From an uncultured archaeon (GTDB lineage Archaea; Asgardarchaeota; Thorarchaeia; Thorarchaeales; Thorarchaeaceae): a stretch of DNA of 49,895 nucleotides. The translations under genes were made by a program, and so were the position numbers. Within the stretch, counting starts at the first letter, position 1; every line of letters starts with the position of its first letter. The stretch covers positions 1 through 49,895 of the forward strand of contig CAZLEV010000019.1 of the NCBI GenBank assembly GCA_964558645.1. Direction: 5' to 3'. This document shows, one piece after another, positions 36,152-46,844 of the stretch. The notes under the pieces were generated by a model. It did no database searches. It was not told the DNA's origin and saw only the letters and a program-made list of their open reading frames with translations.

Positions 36152-36666
36152 TCATAAGCCTTCCTGTAGTAGTTCAGATGATATCCGTCATTGTCTTGGG
36201 CAAGCTCTGCCTCAAAGGGGATACCTGTTTCCCGATCTATCTCAAAGGATTTGAACATGTACCAATCAGAAGGGATGAAGTCCGACTTCAGTGCCATAAT
36301 ATCAGGTCGAGTGAAAGCCCCGAGCTCTCCCTCTCTGGACTCCTGTTGATAGTCAGAAATGACGGCATAACCCACAAAGATGAGGAAGTGCGCTTTGAGA
36401 CTGCCTTCCGAATTAACCAGACGTTCAGAAACAAGACCACGATATGCATAGTTCGTCAGTGTACTGGTGCCTGTCTCTTCCCGCACCTCGCGTTCAGCAG
36501 CTTCTCTAACATGCTCGCCTGGATCAATCTTTCCTCCTACCAAGCCCCAGAGCCCGTCATATGGGGGTTTCCGTCTTTTGATGAAGAGATAACCATCCTG
36601 GTGATCGAGGATTGTGATGACTATCGGCAACAAGGGAGCATTATTGGCCACTCTATCGGATTGCAT
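36148..36666 (-). CDS. NUDIX hydrolase (MutT-like); start moved to ATG 36666
   Basis: Nudix box GGKIDPGEHVREAAEREVREETG. Confidence 0.9.
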   Translation of the reverse strand: MQSDRVANNAPLLPIVITILDHQDGYLFIKRRKPPYDGLWGLVGGKIDPGEHVREAAEREVREETGTSTLTNYAYRGLVSERLVNSEGSLKAHFLIFVGYAVISDYQQESREGELGAFTRPDIMALKSDFIPSDWYMFKSFEIDRETGIPFEAELAQDNDGYHLNYYRKAYD

Positions 36667-36769
36667 CACGTATGCCAAGAGGGGTGAAGCTCCTATAAAC
36701 TCTAGCTGAAACGAAGGATGCCGAAAGTTATTAGCAAACGCAGAACACCTGTCCTCCGGGTACTGTGTA

Positions 36770-38218
36770 TTGAATGAAATACTAGAAGGCGAATTGCGTA
36801 ATCGCCTCCTTGCAGAAATCACTCCGAATGACGAAGAACTGAGAAGACAGAGAAATATTATCGAGAGTCTTGCCACGGCCCTGCAGGAGAGGGCGGCGGC
36901 AATCGGAGAGAACTATTCTTTCATTGAACCACATGGTTCAACTGGTGAGAAACAGACACAGCTGAGAGGAGCAGCAGATATTGACCTGTTTGTTGCTCTC
37001 GACCCTCAGGACTATTCATCAATTCTCCAAGCGTCTGCAACTGACAGGGAACGAATATTGAGCAATCGGTTGGAAAGGCTTGTTGATGAATGGTTTCGTC
37101 CAGCTGTTGAGTCCACTGAGGCTAAGAGTGTCAAGAAGACCTACTCACAGCACCCTTATCTGTCGTTGGTCATGGGCGGGCTGGAAGTGGACATTGTTGC
37201 CTGTTTTGGCTTGTCTCCCCGCTATCTCATGAGGGAGGGACCAATCACGGCGGTCGACCGTACTATCCACCATACCAGATACGTGTCAAACAGGCTTGAC
37301 GAAACACTCAGGGCCGATGTACGCCTGCTGAAGTCGTTCACACGGGCGGGTCACGCCTATGGAGACAAGTGTGCAGTGGGCAGAATGGGACTCACTGGGT
37401 ATTGTCTAGAACTAATGGTCATATGGGGAGAGGGATTAGATGGAGCAATCAAATCACTGCAAGGTCTCACGGAAGAGCCACTTGATCCAGAGAATAGGAG
37501 TCTGAGGGAGCTTAGGAACAGGCCAAGGTTTAGAGATGATTACGTCTTTGTGATCGATCCGATAGATACAGACAGGAATGTGGCCTCCAGTTTCTCAAGA
37601 AGAAGTGTGGATTGGACAATCACGAGGGTTCACGACCTGCTCGAAACTCCTCGGGATGCTGACTCACAGGTCATCTTTGATATGTTTGTTGAGAAGCCTA
37701 TTAGCGCAACACCGTTACCCAGAGAATTGCAGAATCATTACGTGGGCTTCGAGTTCGAATCCTTGGGCTCTGAGCATTACACGGTCATTCGAGATAAGCT
37801 GTACAGCTTGGCAAACAAGATCAGAGACAAGGCCGCCAGAGAACGGACGGGAGAGAAGAGGTTTGGAGAGTGTGTCTTCGAGTTATATTTCGAAAAACCG
37901 AGATATGCCCTCGGATTCTTTGTAGAACGCTCCTCTATCAAAGGGAGGTACCGCAGGCGGGGGCCACCTACGAACATGAAGAGTGCTGCTGAGAAGTTCA
38001 AGTCTGAGCATCCTGAGGCCCATGAAGAGAGCGGATATCTGTGGATCACGGAGAAGCGGAAATGGACATCGGCAAGACAGATGATCACACACTTGATCAC
38101 CAAGAACAAGATAGAGGACCTAGAGATTCTGGAGGAGACCGGGGATTTGGCTCGAAAGGTCGGAAATATCATTCAGACTGCAGTTCTGAGAGTAGAAGAT
38201 ATGAAGATCGAAGAATGA
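36770..38218 (+). CDS. cca: Class I CCA-adding tRNA nucleotidyltransferase
   Basis: GS....T.L.G..DIDLF, YSQHPY, VDIV, TAVDRT..H..YV, VRLLKSF, GY..EL, DPID..RNVA, R.GPP. Confidence 0.9.
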   Translation: MNEILEGELRNRLLAEITPNDEELRRQRNIIESLATALQERAAAIGENYSFIEPHGSTGEKQTQLRGAADIDLFVALDPQDYSSILQASATDRERILSNRLERLVDEWFRPAVESTEAKSVKKTYSQHPYLSLVMGGLEVDIVACFGLSPRYLMREGPITAVDRTIHHTRYVSNRLDETLRADVRLLKSFTRAGHAYGDKCAVGRMGLTGYCLELMVIWGEGLDGAIKSLQGLTEEPLDPENRSLRELRNRPRFRDDYVFVIDPIDTDRNVASSFSRRSVDWTITRVHDLLETPRDADSQVIFDMFVEKPISATPLPRELQNHYVGFEFESLGSEHYTVIRDKLYSLANKIRDKAARERTGEKRFGECVFELYFEKPRYALGFFVERSSIKGRYRRRGPPTNMKSAAEKFKSEHPEAHEESGYLWITEKRKWTSARQMITHLITKNKIEDLEILEETGDLARKVGNIIQTAVLRVEDMKIEE

Positions 38219-38264
38219 CAAGGATTTAATGAAACAATGCTCTGCACGACAATGGTGAACATCT

Positions 38265-39338
38265 GTGGCTTGGGACAGAATGCTATTGATCTCGCATCCG
38301 AGCTCAGTCCAGCACAACATGCCATTTCTGCGACCTCATCTGGAGTCTTTTGAGAGCCCATTGAGAGTACAGATGGCAGAACTCTACCTGAAAGAACGAG
38401 GAATCTTGGAGAAACTGGATACCCAGCGTGCCCCAGAAGTGCCCATTGAGATGGCACTCAGCGTTCACAGTGAGTATCTGGTTGACTCGGTCAGGATCAT
38501 GACAGAATTGGGCAGTGGACAACTCGGAGAGGCAGCGTACGCTAGTCCAGAACTATTACAAAGCGCTCTCCGTGCCGTCGGGGGAGCAGTTCGTGCGGCT
38601 GAGGCGGTCTATGAGAAAGAAGCCAAGCATGCTTTTTCTCTTATGCGTCCTCCAGGCCACCATGCGTCGGCCTCCACGGCTATGGGACTGTGTTACTTCA
38701 ACAACATCGCAATTGCAGTGAGAACGCTTCAAGCCAAGGAGGGCGTTGAACGGGTTAGCATCATCGATTTCGATGACCACCACGGTAATGGTACAACGGA
38801 TATATTCTATTCCGATCCAGATGTGCAATATGTTTCAATCCATGAGTATGACTACGAGAACTACGGGACCGGCCACTTCTCCGAGATCGGATATGGTGAC
38901 GCAGCGGGCACCAACGTGAATATTCCACTCATCGACTTCGCTCCTGATGCGTCCTACAAGAGCGCCTTCGATAGAATCGTAAGACCAGCGGTCAAATCCT
39001 TTGCCCCTGACATCATAGGGGTCTCAGCCGGATATGACCCCCACTATGCAGACCCTGTAGGAAATATGGACGTTGATAGCTCTACGTTTCACCTCATCGG
39101 AAAGGGCATCTCAGAGCTTGTGCGAGATGTGAAGGCATTAGGCTCATTTTGGGTATTAGAGGGGGGGTACAACCCGTTTGTAATTGGACCATCCATTGAA
39201 GCATCTCTTCATGGCCTGGCTGGAAAGGCGCTACCCTCGCTCCAGGACCAAGTGGACAGAGAAGTCAACGAACCAATTGTGGAGAGCAATGAAAGCATCA
39301 TCGACACCATAATTGAGATGTTCAGCCCTTTCTGGTGA
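38265..39338 (+). CDS. Histone deacetylase superfamily protein (Zn-dependent amidohydrolase)
   Basis: RPPGHHA, GLCYFNN, DFDDHHGNGT, SAGYD...DP, LEGGY. Confidence 0.92.
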   Translation: MAWDRMLLISHPSSVQHNMPFLRPHLESFESPLRVQMAELYLKERGILEKLDTQRAPEVPIEMALSVHSEYLVDSVRIMTELGSGQLGEAAYASPELLQSALRAVGGAVRAAEAVYEKEAKHAFSLMRPPGHHASASTAMGLCYFNNIAIAVRTLQAKEGVERVSIIDFDDHHGNGTTDIFYSDPDVQYVSIHEYDYENYGTGHFSEIGYGDAAGTNVNIPLIDFAPDASYKSAFDRIVRPAVKSFAPDIIGVSAGYDPHYADPVGNMDVDSSTFHLIGKGISELVRDVKALGSFWVLEGGYNPFVIGPSIEASLHGLAGKALPSLQDQVDREVNEPIVESNESIIDTIIEMFSPFW

Positions 39339-39411
39339 TTTGGCGTAAGGCACAAGATTTTAAGGTCAGCCTCTGACGCCCCGTTGACGACCCCCCTATG
39401 GTGGTTTAGAA

Positions 39412-39684
39412 TTGGCTAAAAAGAGAAAATCAGGTGGCCGAAGCAAGGGCAAGTCTGGAAAGACAGGCACTGTACAATGCTCTAAATGCGGAAGGATAGT
39501 CCCAGCAGATAAAGCAAAGAAGTACACCCGTCGGGTCTCTCCTGTTGACCCACAGCTGGCACGGGAATTGAGACAACAGGGTGCGTTCATTCACACCCGA
39601 AAGGTGACTCAATATTATTGCATTAGTTGCGCAGTACACTCTGGAAGAGTGCATATCCGCGAAGAGGACAAGCGCAGAGACTGA
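39412..39684 (+). CDS. rps26e: Ribosomal protein eS26
   Basis: KKRKSGGRSK, VQCSKCGR.VP.DKA.K, YCISCAVH....IR. Confidence 0.95.
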   Translation: MAKKRKSGGRSKGKSGKTGTVQCSKCGRIVPADKAKKYTRRVSPVDPQLARELRQQGAFIHTRKVTQYYCISCAVHSGRVHIREEDKRRD

Positions 39685-39761
39685 GAACAAAGGCATCATG
39701 CCCGAAACCTGCACATATAAGGGATTGTAAGCGATTATTTGCGCGGCAGCTGATATTCCAT

Positions 39762-40358
39762 ATGACTCGAGAACAGCCCTTGCTGAGATTCATCCAGTTA
39801 CTTCTAGACGGCCCAGAAGATGGGAATTTCATATTGAAGGATCTACCAGGGTCCGGGAAAAGAATAGATCTTCTCTGCCGCGACCTTGCTGCATGTTTTG
39901 ATTGGGGTCCTGAAGACTGGCCCAAAGACCGACTCGAACTCATCGCGCTATTACCAGCCAATACTACACTCACATTCCACTACCCCGATAGAGAGATTCC
40001 TGTCGGAGAGAGAGCCTGGGCAGAAGAAATCAAAGCGGTTCTGGATGGGCATGAGAGCGATCTGCTAGAGAAGGAGTTGACTGAACTAGATGGGGTAATC
40101 CAGAAGCTACTTAATGAGGAAAACAGCAGGCTCTGGGTACTCGAAGAGAGTGGAACGAATATCAGATCTGTCACCGATTTGGATGCGAAATCGCAGAACA
40201 GTTTTATCCTTGGAGACCATCAAGGTTTTGGTCATGCTGTCCTACAGATAATTCATCAGTACGATATCACACCAATCTCAGTGGGGCCGCATAGCTACCT
40301 TAGCAGTCATTGCATTGCAGCCGTAATCTCGGAACTTGAAAGGATGAGCCACAGATGA
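39762..40358 (+). CDS. trmY: TrmY-like tRNA (pseudouridine54-N1) methyltransferase, SPOUT; start moved to ATG 39762
   Basis: LKDLPGSG.RIDLLCR, ER, FILGDHQG, ISVGP..YLSSHCI. Confidence 0.78.
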   Translation: MTREQPLLRFIQLLLDGPEDGNFILKDLPGSGKRIDLLCRDLAACFDWGPEDWPKDRLELIALLPANTTLTFHYPDREIPVGERAWAEEIKAVLDGHESDLLEKELTELDGVIQKLLNEENSRLWVLEESGTNIRSVTDLDAKSQNSFILGDHQGFGHAVLQIIHQYDITPISVGPHSYLSSHCIAAVISELERMSHR

Positions 40359-40702
40359 ACCCGTCTTCAGACCAACCAAAAGCGATTCATAGATTGGTGA
40401 AGAAGCTTACAAAAGAGATGTTGTGGATCTATATTCTACGCCTTCTACAGGAGAAGCCACGCTATGGTTACGAAATCAAGAACCTGGTCACTGAAAAATT
40501 CGGATTCTCACCCGCTACAGTAAGTGGCTACGCAATTATCTATCGGCTCGTGAAGGATGGTCTGATTGAAGCCCAAGAGCGAAATGACTCACCCCGGAAG
40601 TATTACGCCATAACCGAGGAGGGATTAGGGGCAATGAAAGATGCGAAGGAGTTCATTCTCGAAACTCTTGAGAGAGTCTTTGATCTCACAGACGTCACCT
40701 AG
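40355..40702 (+). CDS. PadR family transcriptional regulator
   Basis: ILRLLQEKPRYGYEI, Y.IIYRL..DGLI, RKYYAITEEG. Confidence 0.92.
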   Translation: MNPSSDQPKAIHRLVKKLTKEMLWIYILRLLQEKPRYGYEIKNLVTEKFGFSPATVSGYAIIYRLVKDGLIEAQERNDSPRKYYAITEEGLGAMKDAKEFILETLERVFDLTDVT

Positions 40703-41610
40703 CGAATGCTGATTTTAGGATAGACCAGTTCTGAACGCTTCTTCACTTGAGCATAGGTCATCTCTGGATTACAACCCGTTCGCTCAATCATGAAACTGGC
40801 CGCTGCTGTCCCAAATGCACCACACTGCAGAAGATTTCCGCCATCCAGTAGCCTCAGTGCGAAGGCAGCCATGAATGCATCCCCCGCACCATATGGCTCC
40901 GTGATGGGGGTTTGATAGGCCGGAACAACATAGAAATCCTCTCCGTCATAGATTATACTACCGTCAGAGTCCAGAGTTACAGCAGCAAGGGGAGATCCCC
41001 ATTCCACCAGTGTTTCAGCAGCAACATATGGATCCTTATAATTGGTCATGAGAAATGCTTCAGTGCGGTTCGGCTGTACCATATCCACCAAGCCTAGAAT
41101 GCAACGAATCGTACGAGTGTCAACGTGCGCGGCCAATCCCCTGTCAGGAAGAACACTGTACAGCTGAGGATTCCAAAGAATTCTTGCGTCGGAAGAACTG
41201 GCAATCCACTCGACTATTTCTAAGTCTACCTCTTGGAATAGCGGGCTGAGAATGATGCAGTCTGTTCTCAGGAACTCCTCAGGAAAATCGCGTATCCTGA
41301 TGGGGTTGCCAAGCCCGGTGAGTTCACTCGTTCTGGCTCTATCTTGGGCAACATTAAACGTGAACTCGTTCGTTTCCTTGCATTCAACGAGATGACGCTC
41401 TTCGATTCCACAGGAATCCAGATCAGCAAACAGCTGTTCCCTCATGCCAATTGGGCTGCAACCAATGAATGCACACTCATGAACTCCTAGCTTGGCAATA
41501 ACTTGAGAGGTGTGTATTGCTGGACCAGCAGGAATAGCCTGCATTTCCTTATTTGACTCGTAACTGACCTTGCGGTATGCAGGATTTCCGACAACAACCG
41601 CTCTATACAT
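40699..41610 (-). CDS. PfkB/ribokinase-family carbohydrate kinase; start moved to ATG 41610
   Basis: PNRTEA, VTLDSDGS, EPYGAGDAFMAAF; overlaps the upstream CDP-alcohol transferase gene. Confidence 0.85.
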   Translation of the reverse strand: MYRAVVVGNPAYRKVSYESNKEMQAIPAGPAIHTSQVIAKLGVHECAFIGCSPIGMREQLFADLDSCGIEERHLVECKETNEFTFNVAQDRARTSELTGLGNPIRIRDFPEEFLRTDCIILSPLFQEVDLEIVEWIASSSDARILWNPQLYSVLPDRGLAAHVDTRTIRCILGLVDMVQPNRTEAFLMTNYKDPYVAAETLVEWGSPLAAVTLDSDGSIIYDGEDFYVVPAYQTPITEPYGAGDAFMAAFALRLLDGGNLLQCGAFGTAAASFMIERTGCNPEMTYAQVKKRSELVYPKISIR

Positions 41611-42364
41611 TCTGCGCCGCTTCCTGTTCCTGTGACGCAATGATTCTTCGCGCATATGCTAGACGCTGAGCCACCGTGATGTGAGACAGAATGGCCACAA
41701 TCACGATGCAAACGGTAAGAATGTTGGTGACTTGGATTGTTCCGAAAAATGCAACAGCTGCTGGCGGGAATATGCTGAGAAAGTCCATCCAGATATTCGT
41801 GGTGGGTAGTGCAAGCAACAGAATACCTGCGAACTGGAGTAGAAGCTTTTCTTGCCGTTCGGCAATGCCCACAGCACAATCATCCATTCCACCGATGGAT
41901 TCGGCTTTTGCACGAGAGAAACTTGCCATCAGCATCCCGAAGAGTGCGACAAAGCCCCAGAACCAAGGAATGAAAGTGTCACCCGCAACATATGGCCACC
42001 ACACAATGTTCGGGTTTCCAGATGGGCCTGCCATAAGTCCAAGCATGAAGAAGAACTCCGCGTATCTATCGAGCGTATGATCGAATGTGGCACCGAAACG
42101 AGACGCAAGATTCGCGGCCCGGGCAACAGCTCCATCAAACATGTCCATCACAACGGTCAATAACATAACGAGAAAACCGAGCAGTAGTGCTCCTGAGTAG
42201 AAGAAGTAAGCGCTAACCATCGAAACCATGAGGGTCAGCCCCGTTATTGCATTTGGTGTCAGGCCCGTCCGAGCTAAGGCCCTACCCACTGGCATCATTG
42301 CTTTCTGATATCTATCTCTCAGTCTTCCCAGCATCAATATCACAGGCCACGTTTTGTCGCCCAC
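41603..42364 (-). CDS. pgsA: CDP-alcohol phosphatidyltransferase (archaetidylinositol phosphate synthase-like)
   Basis: LTPNAIT, DMFDGAVAR....SRFGATFDHTLDR, SFSRAKAE, VGIAERQE, TVAQR. Confidence 0.85.
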   Translation of the reverse strand: MGDKTWPVILMLGRLRDRYQKAMMPVGRALARTGLTPNAITGLTLMVSMVSAYFFYSGALLLGFLVMLLTVVMDMFDGAVARAANLASRFGATFDHTLDRYAEFFFMLGLMAGPSGNPNIVWWPYVAGDTFIPWFWGFVALFGMLMASFSRAKAESIGGMDDCAVGIAERQEKLLLQFAGILLLALPTTNIWMDFLSIFPPAAVAFFGTIQVTNILTVCIVIVAILSHITVAQRLAYARRIIASQEQEAAQNV

Positions 42365-42410
42365 TTTCGACTCGCTAATAAAGCTGTTGTGAAGTCGATG
42401 GAGTAGTAAA

Positions 42411-44081
42411 TCACAGTACAGATTCTAGTCTCTGAGTCACCCAATCGGCTCCGAGGAGATTGAGGAAAGGACCTAGTCTCGGACCCGATTTTCCGGAGAT
42501 GAGTAGCTGGTAGAATAGGGCAAAGCCACGGCGTGGCTTCATTCCAACGCTCCTTGCAGTTTCAAACACCGCAGTCTGCAGCTCCTCATCATCTCTCGAT
42601 GGCCCCCTCAGCACCTCAAGCATCTTAGCAAGAAACTCGCGATCTTGATCACTTAGGTTTCTCCGCACATCTTTGGGTACTTCTTCAGTGATTCTGATTT
42701 TGTCCCGGTCAGATCCAAACTCTTGAACCCAGTTCTTGGCTCGGCTCAAACGTATTGGTATATGTGCTAGAGTTGCAGGGGGGATATCATCAATATCATG
42801 TTGCTTTCTGACAGCCTCCTTGCATCGCTCCATAACTACTTCTCTTCCCAGTAAGCCCTCCAGCTGTGAAGTAACCATTGCAAACTTGTAGGACAGTTTC
42901 GGAGTGAACTGCTCGCTAGGCGGCGCCGCTTCGCTCAATGGATACAACAAATCTGCGAGTTCTTTCTCCTCGGGAGTGGAATCATCGATTCCATAGTAGA
43001 CCCGTTCAAAGCGTTCATACTGGTCCACAGTATCAGGAATTCGTTCTGGCTGGATGTTGATCGTTCTCTTCAAGTCAGTCTTCAGTATCAAAAACCTGTA
43101 GAGCTCAGGAGGAGCAATCTCGAGCCATGTCTTTGGAATAAACACTATCCCCTCAGAAGTGGCCATATCTCGACCACCAATCTGAACCCATTCATAGGGG
43201 ACTTTGACCGGGCCCTTCCACCCGAAGACTCTTCGAGATACTTCAAGACCTGTGTCGTAGGAACCTCCCTTGACAGAATGGTCCTTACCTGCAGGTTCGC
43301 ATGTGACTCTGAAAAGGTGCCACTTAGCAGGCCAGTCGACTCTCCAAGTGAGTTTAACCCGGACATCGCTCAGGGATAGAGTTGCAGCATAGCCACATCC
43401 CGGACAGGCGAAGCTAACCTCGTCGTTGGCTGCGTTGTACCCCGTGACTCTATTCGGCTCAATTCCACCCTTTACACCACTCTGCAATCGTCCGCACTTA
43501 GGACAGACTACCGAAGCAGGGAACCAACTCTTCATGGCTTCGACATACTGCTGCCTCTGCTCATCGTTGAAGTCACGAGCAACATATTCTACCATGATGT
43601 CACGAATGGTCTCGGTCTTGCGTAGACAGGTTCGAACCTCTTCAAGCATTCCCGGAGTTTCATAGAGCTTGGATGTCCAGACAATCTCAGGATTGAGCCC
43701 AAACTCAGGGAATGTATCAATCAGCTCATTAGCCCAATGTGCACCATAGCTCTCGCAACACCCAAACTCGTCAGGTACGTCAGAATACGGAACTCCTGCA
43801 TATTTCTCCAAGGAAAGCGATGTCGTGGGAGGAAATGATCTCACAGGGTCATAGTCATCAATGACGAACATAGTTCGGGCCTTCTTACCTCGCTCCAGAA
43901 GCCTCCGTTTGATGACATCGCATACAATCAGCTCTCTCAGTATGCCTATGTGGATTTGTCCACTTGGGCTCTTGCCAGCAGATATCAGATAGCTGTCAAC
44001 ATTGCGGGCAAGAACCCTGTCCACAACGTCCTGGATCCAATGAATGGAGAAGTCCTGTTCGTCTGCACCGGGCATTGTCAT
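42411..44081 (-). CDS. lysS: Class I lysyl-tRNA synthetase
   Basis: SPSGQIHIG, DDYD, CPKCG, KLTWRVDWPAKW, EPAGKDH...GGS, MATSEG, GPRLG. Confidence 0.95.
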   Translation of the reverse strand: MTMPGADEQDFSIHWIQDVVDRVLARNVDSYLISAGKSPSGQIHIGILRELIVCDVIKRRLLERGKKARTMFVIDDYDPVRSFPPTTSLSLEKYAGVPYSDVPDEFGCCESYGAHWANELIDTFPEFGLNPEIVWTSKLYETPGMLEEVRTCLRKTETIRDIMVEYVARDFNDEQRQQYVEAMKSWFPASVVCPKCGRLQSGVKGGIEPNRVTGYNAANDEVSFACPGCGYAATLSLSDVRVKLTWRVDWPAKWHLFRVTCEPAGKDHSVKGGSYDTGLEVSRRVFGWKGPVKVPYEWVQIGGRDMATSEGIVFIPKTWLEIAPPELYRFLILKTDLKRTINIQPERIPDTVDQYERFERVYYGIDDSTPEEKELADLLYPLSEAAPPSEQFTPKLSYKFAMVTSQLEGLLGREVVMERCKEAVRKQHDIDDIPPATLAHIPIRLSRAKNWVQEFGSDRDKIRITEEVPKDVRRNLSDQDREFLAKMLEVLRGPSRDDEELQTAVFETARSVGMKPRRGFALFYQLLISGKSGPRLGPFLNLLGADWVTQRLESVL

Positions 44082-44124
44082 ATCCCTATAGTTGGCCGTT
44101 CCCTTGGTCTAAAGAAGGTTATCG

Positions 44125-45978
44125 TCACACCGAGAACTCTGAAACCTGAAGTTCTGACTTCCTGCTGAAGATGAAGTAGACGGGGACCGCTGCAAGAAGC
44201 GTGACCAGGACCAAGAACAGAATCATAATTGCCATTGCGGCGGGTAGATACAGCACGGAGGGAACTGCAGCCTCGGGAACGAGGAAATAAACACTGAAAA
44301 GTGTTGCAGCAAAGACTGCGGGGACTCCCGACTTAAGGCCCATGTCAAGACCCTCTGCGATCATGGTCTTGACCACGAACTCCGGGCTTGCACCAATACT
44401 CTGCATGATCTTGTAGTCACGAAACCTGCCGAACACAGATACTAAGAGGTAGTTCATTAGGTTGAACAATGCGCCAACAAGTGCCATGACAGATAAGGGC
44501 TGCAACAGGAACCATATATCGTGAACTACCCCCAGGTTGGTATCAAGAACCTGATTTTGAAGATAGATGTCAAAGCCATAGCTCTCAACTAGACTGCCGA
44601 TACTGGAGATAGCCTCATCGGAGTAGGAGGCAACATGTAGTAGAAGGAGATTGGATCCATTCAGACCTAGAACCGTCTGTAAAGTGGACAGTTCTACCAT
44701 TGCTACCATTCCGCCGTTTGCCAGTTCAAAAGCGACAGCTTGAACATCGAAAGCATACCCGCCGAACTCAAGACTCTGGACGAGAGGATCCTCGTAGAGC
44801 TCTTTCGCCATTCTTCCCCCAATCCAAGCTTGGTTGATTGCGCTTGTGGGAAACCCTTCAAAATACCAGCTCGATTGGGTAGACTCCCAGTCCACCCCCA
44901 TTATGAGAGCTGAACCAGTCCGGTTCTTCCCAACCCACTCATACTCATCGGTTGTGGGGTTTCTGATGATGCCGGGTAGCTCTCTCACCGCAGTGTAATG
45001 GACCAATCGGGATTCAAGTGACTCTACGTATCTATTCTCATCAAGAGCCTGAATTAGGGGCGCAGGTAGGAAGGAGTCATTCCCAATGAATGAGAATGTT
45101 GAGTTGAGCTCTGAGCCAGTCAAGGTGTACGCATCATAGTATTGATGAAGCAGTTCGGTAGTTCCAACAGCTATAACATCAGTTCCCATTGATCGAGTTA
45201 TGTATGCATCCGTGGTGGTTTCAACAACTCCTCCCCCTATCCAGATTACAGATGCAATTGTCACCCCCAAGAACAGAGAGAGAAGCGTCCGCCTCATCCC
45301 TCTGACGCGGCGTCCTGTCCCCCTAGTAGCAATCCTGAAAGGTAGGCCAAAGGAATCAAACAGCCCAACCTGTCGCACACGATTTCCAACGTCAGGATTC
45401 AGGGCCGAGATGGGCGCCTCGTGCACTGCGTCATAGATGGGTTTCTGAGCCGCAAAATACCCAAGAAAGAGATAGATCCCAGCCAGGAAACCGACCTGTA
45501 GAAACGGAAAATGAAAGGTGTACTGAAGGCCCGGCGATACAGAAGCTAGCCAACTCATCCCAAGGAGATAGAATAATGTCCCGAAGGCGATTCCCAAGAC
45601 TATGCTTGCAAGGAGTAATATCACGGCTTGAGCCATGAAATGATCAAAAATGGTATCCATCAGAGTGCCAATCGATTTCATGAGTGCAATGTCCTTCCTT
45701 CTGGTAACCATCTCCATTGAGATTGTGCTGGACACGACAACTGCGCCAAGTATGATCACAAGAAGCAAGGTCGTCCAGATGAAGGCTTCAAAGAACACTC
45801 TCAGGGACTGCATCAGTCCAGTTGATGTAAAGAAGAGTGTGATGTCAAGCAGCGAGTTAGCGAAAAGGAATAGAAAAACTGTCGAAGTCATAGATGTGAT
45901 CATAGAGAGAAGAATGACGCTGGTCCGAAAGGGTCTTCTCTTCAGGTCAGTGCTGGCATAGTCTTGAGTGTTACTCAA
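44125..45978 (-). CDS. FtsX/MacB-like ABC permease (two FtsX domains)
   Basis: RRKDIALMKSIG and RFRDYKIMQSIGA motifs, with an extracytoplasmic domain between them. Confidence 0.85.
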   Translation of the reverse strand: MSNTQDYASTDLKRRPFRTSVILLSMITSMTSTVFLFLFANSLLDITLFFTSTGLMQSLRVFFEAFIWTTLLLVIILGAVVVSSTISMEMVTRRKDIALMKSIGTLMDTIFDHFMAQAVILLLASIVLGIAFGTLFYLLGMSWLASVSPGLQYTFHFPFLQVGFLAGIYLFLGYFAAQKPIYDAVHEAPISALNPDVGNRVRQVGLFDSFGLPFRIATRGTGRRVRGMRRTLLSLFLGVTIASVIWIGGGVVETTTDAYITRSMGTDVIAVGTTELLHQYYDAYTLTGSELNSTFSFIGNDSFLPAPLIQALDENRYVESLESRLVHYTAVRELPGIIRNPTTDEYEWVGKNRTGSALIMGVDWESTQSSWYFEGFPTSAINQAWIGGRMAKELYEDPLVQSLEFGGYAFDVQAVAFELANGGMVAMVELSTLQTVLGLNGSNLLLLHVASYSDEAISSIGSLVESYGFDIYLQNQVLDTNLGVVHDIWFLLQPLSVMALVGALFNLMNYLLVSVFGRFRDYKIMQSIGASPEFVVKTMIAEGLDMGLKSGVPAVFAATLFSVYFLVPEAAVPSVLYLPAAMAIMILFLVLVTLLAAVPVYFIFSRKSELQVSEFSV

Positions 45979-46720
45979 TTGAAGACAACTCCCCCTTGGT
46001 CATTGTGAACTTCCTTGTGCCGGAGTGCGAGATGATATCTTGGTCATGAGTCATAACTATGATCGTCTTCCCTTTTTCATGCAGCTTGGAGAGTAACTCG
46101 CGAATCAACTGTGCACTCTCTGTATCTAAGTTTGCAGTGGGTTCATCAGCAAGAAGTACAGGAGGGTCATTAGCAAGAGCCCGTGCAATTGCAACTCTCT
46201 GTTGTTCTCCAGAGCTCAGCTGCCAGGGAAGATGATCATTACGGTCCTCAAGACCCACTACGGCGAGGAGCCGATGTGCCTCCTCTCGTAGCTCAGATTC
46301 GGGTTTGTCTTGCAGCTGCATGGGAAACATGATATTCTCGAGCGCAGTCAGTGTCGATATCAGATTATAACTCTGAAAGATGAAACCAGTGTTTGCAAGA
46401 CGAAAAGTGGCTCTGAAAGTTTCATCATAGTCGCCTATCGGTACATCCATCACAAGGACTCGCCCAGACGTAGCTAGATCAATACATCCGATGATATTCA
46501 GCAGTGTTGTCTTCCCCGAACCCGAGGGACCATATACCACAACGTAATCCCCGCTCTTCACTTGCAGACTCACGTGATTCAGAGCTCTGATTTCTCGATT
46601 ACCGAGACTGTACGTTCGAGATACATCTTTCAGACGAACCGCGTACTCGACATCATCAAGGTCTTCTATATCGAGGTCATCTACTGCTTCATCGAATCCT
46701 AAGAATGCCTCATCAACCAT
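45971..46720 (-). CDS. ABC transporter ATP-binding protein (LolD/MacB type)
   Basis: [41 protein letters not shown]. Confidence 0.94.
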   Translation of the reverse strand: MVDEAFLGFDEAVDDLDIEDLDDVEYAVRLKDVSRTYSLGNREIRALNHVSLQVKSGDYVVVYGPSGSGKTTLLNIIGCIDLATSGRVLVMDVPIGDYDETFRATFRLANTGFIFQSYNLISTLTALENIMFPMQLQDKPESELREEAHRLLAVVGLEDRNDHLPWQLSSGEQQRVAIARALANDPPVLLADEPTANLDTESAQLIRELLSKLHEKGKTIIVMTHDQDIISHSGTRKFTMTKGELSSIE

Positions 46721-46844
46721 TGGGATAGCCTCTATAGCTGGTCTATCGACTAGCCTTGAACAGTGATGAATCCACCGTTCTTCTCATTTAGCCACTTTCT
46801 CACAGAAATAAGCATAGAGGTAGGACAAACACCGTACCAGATTC

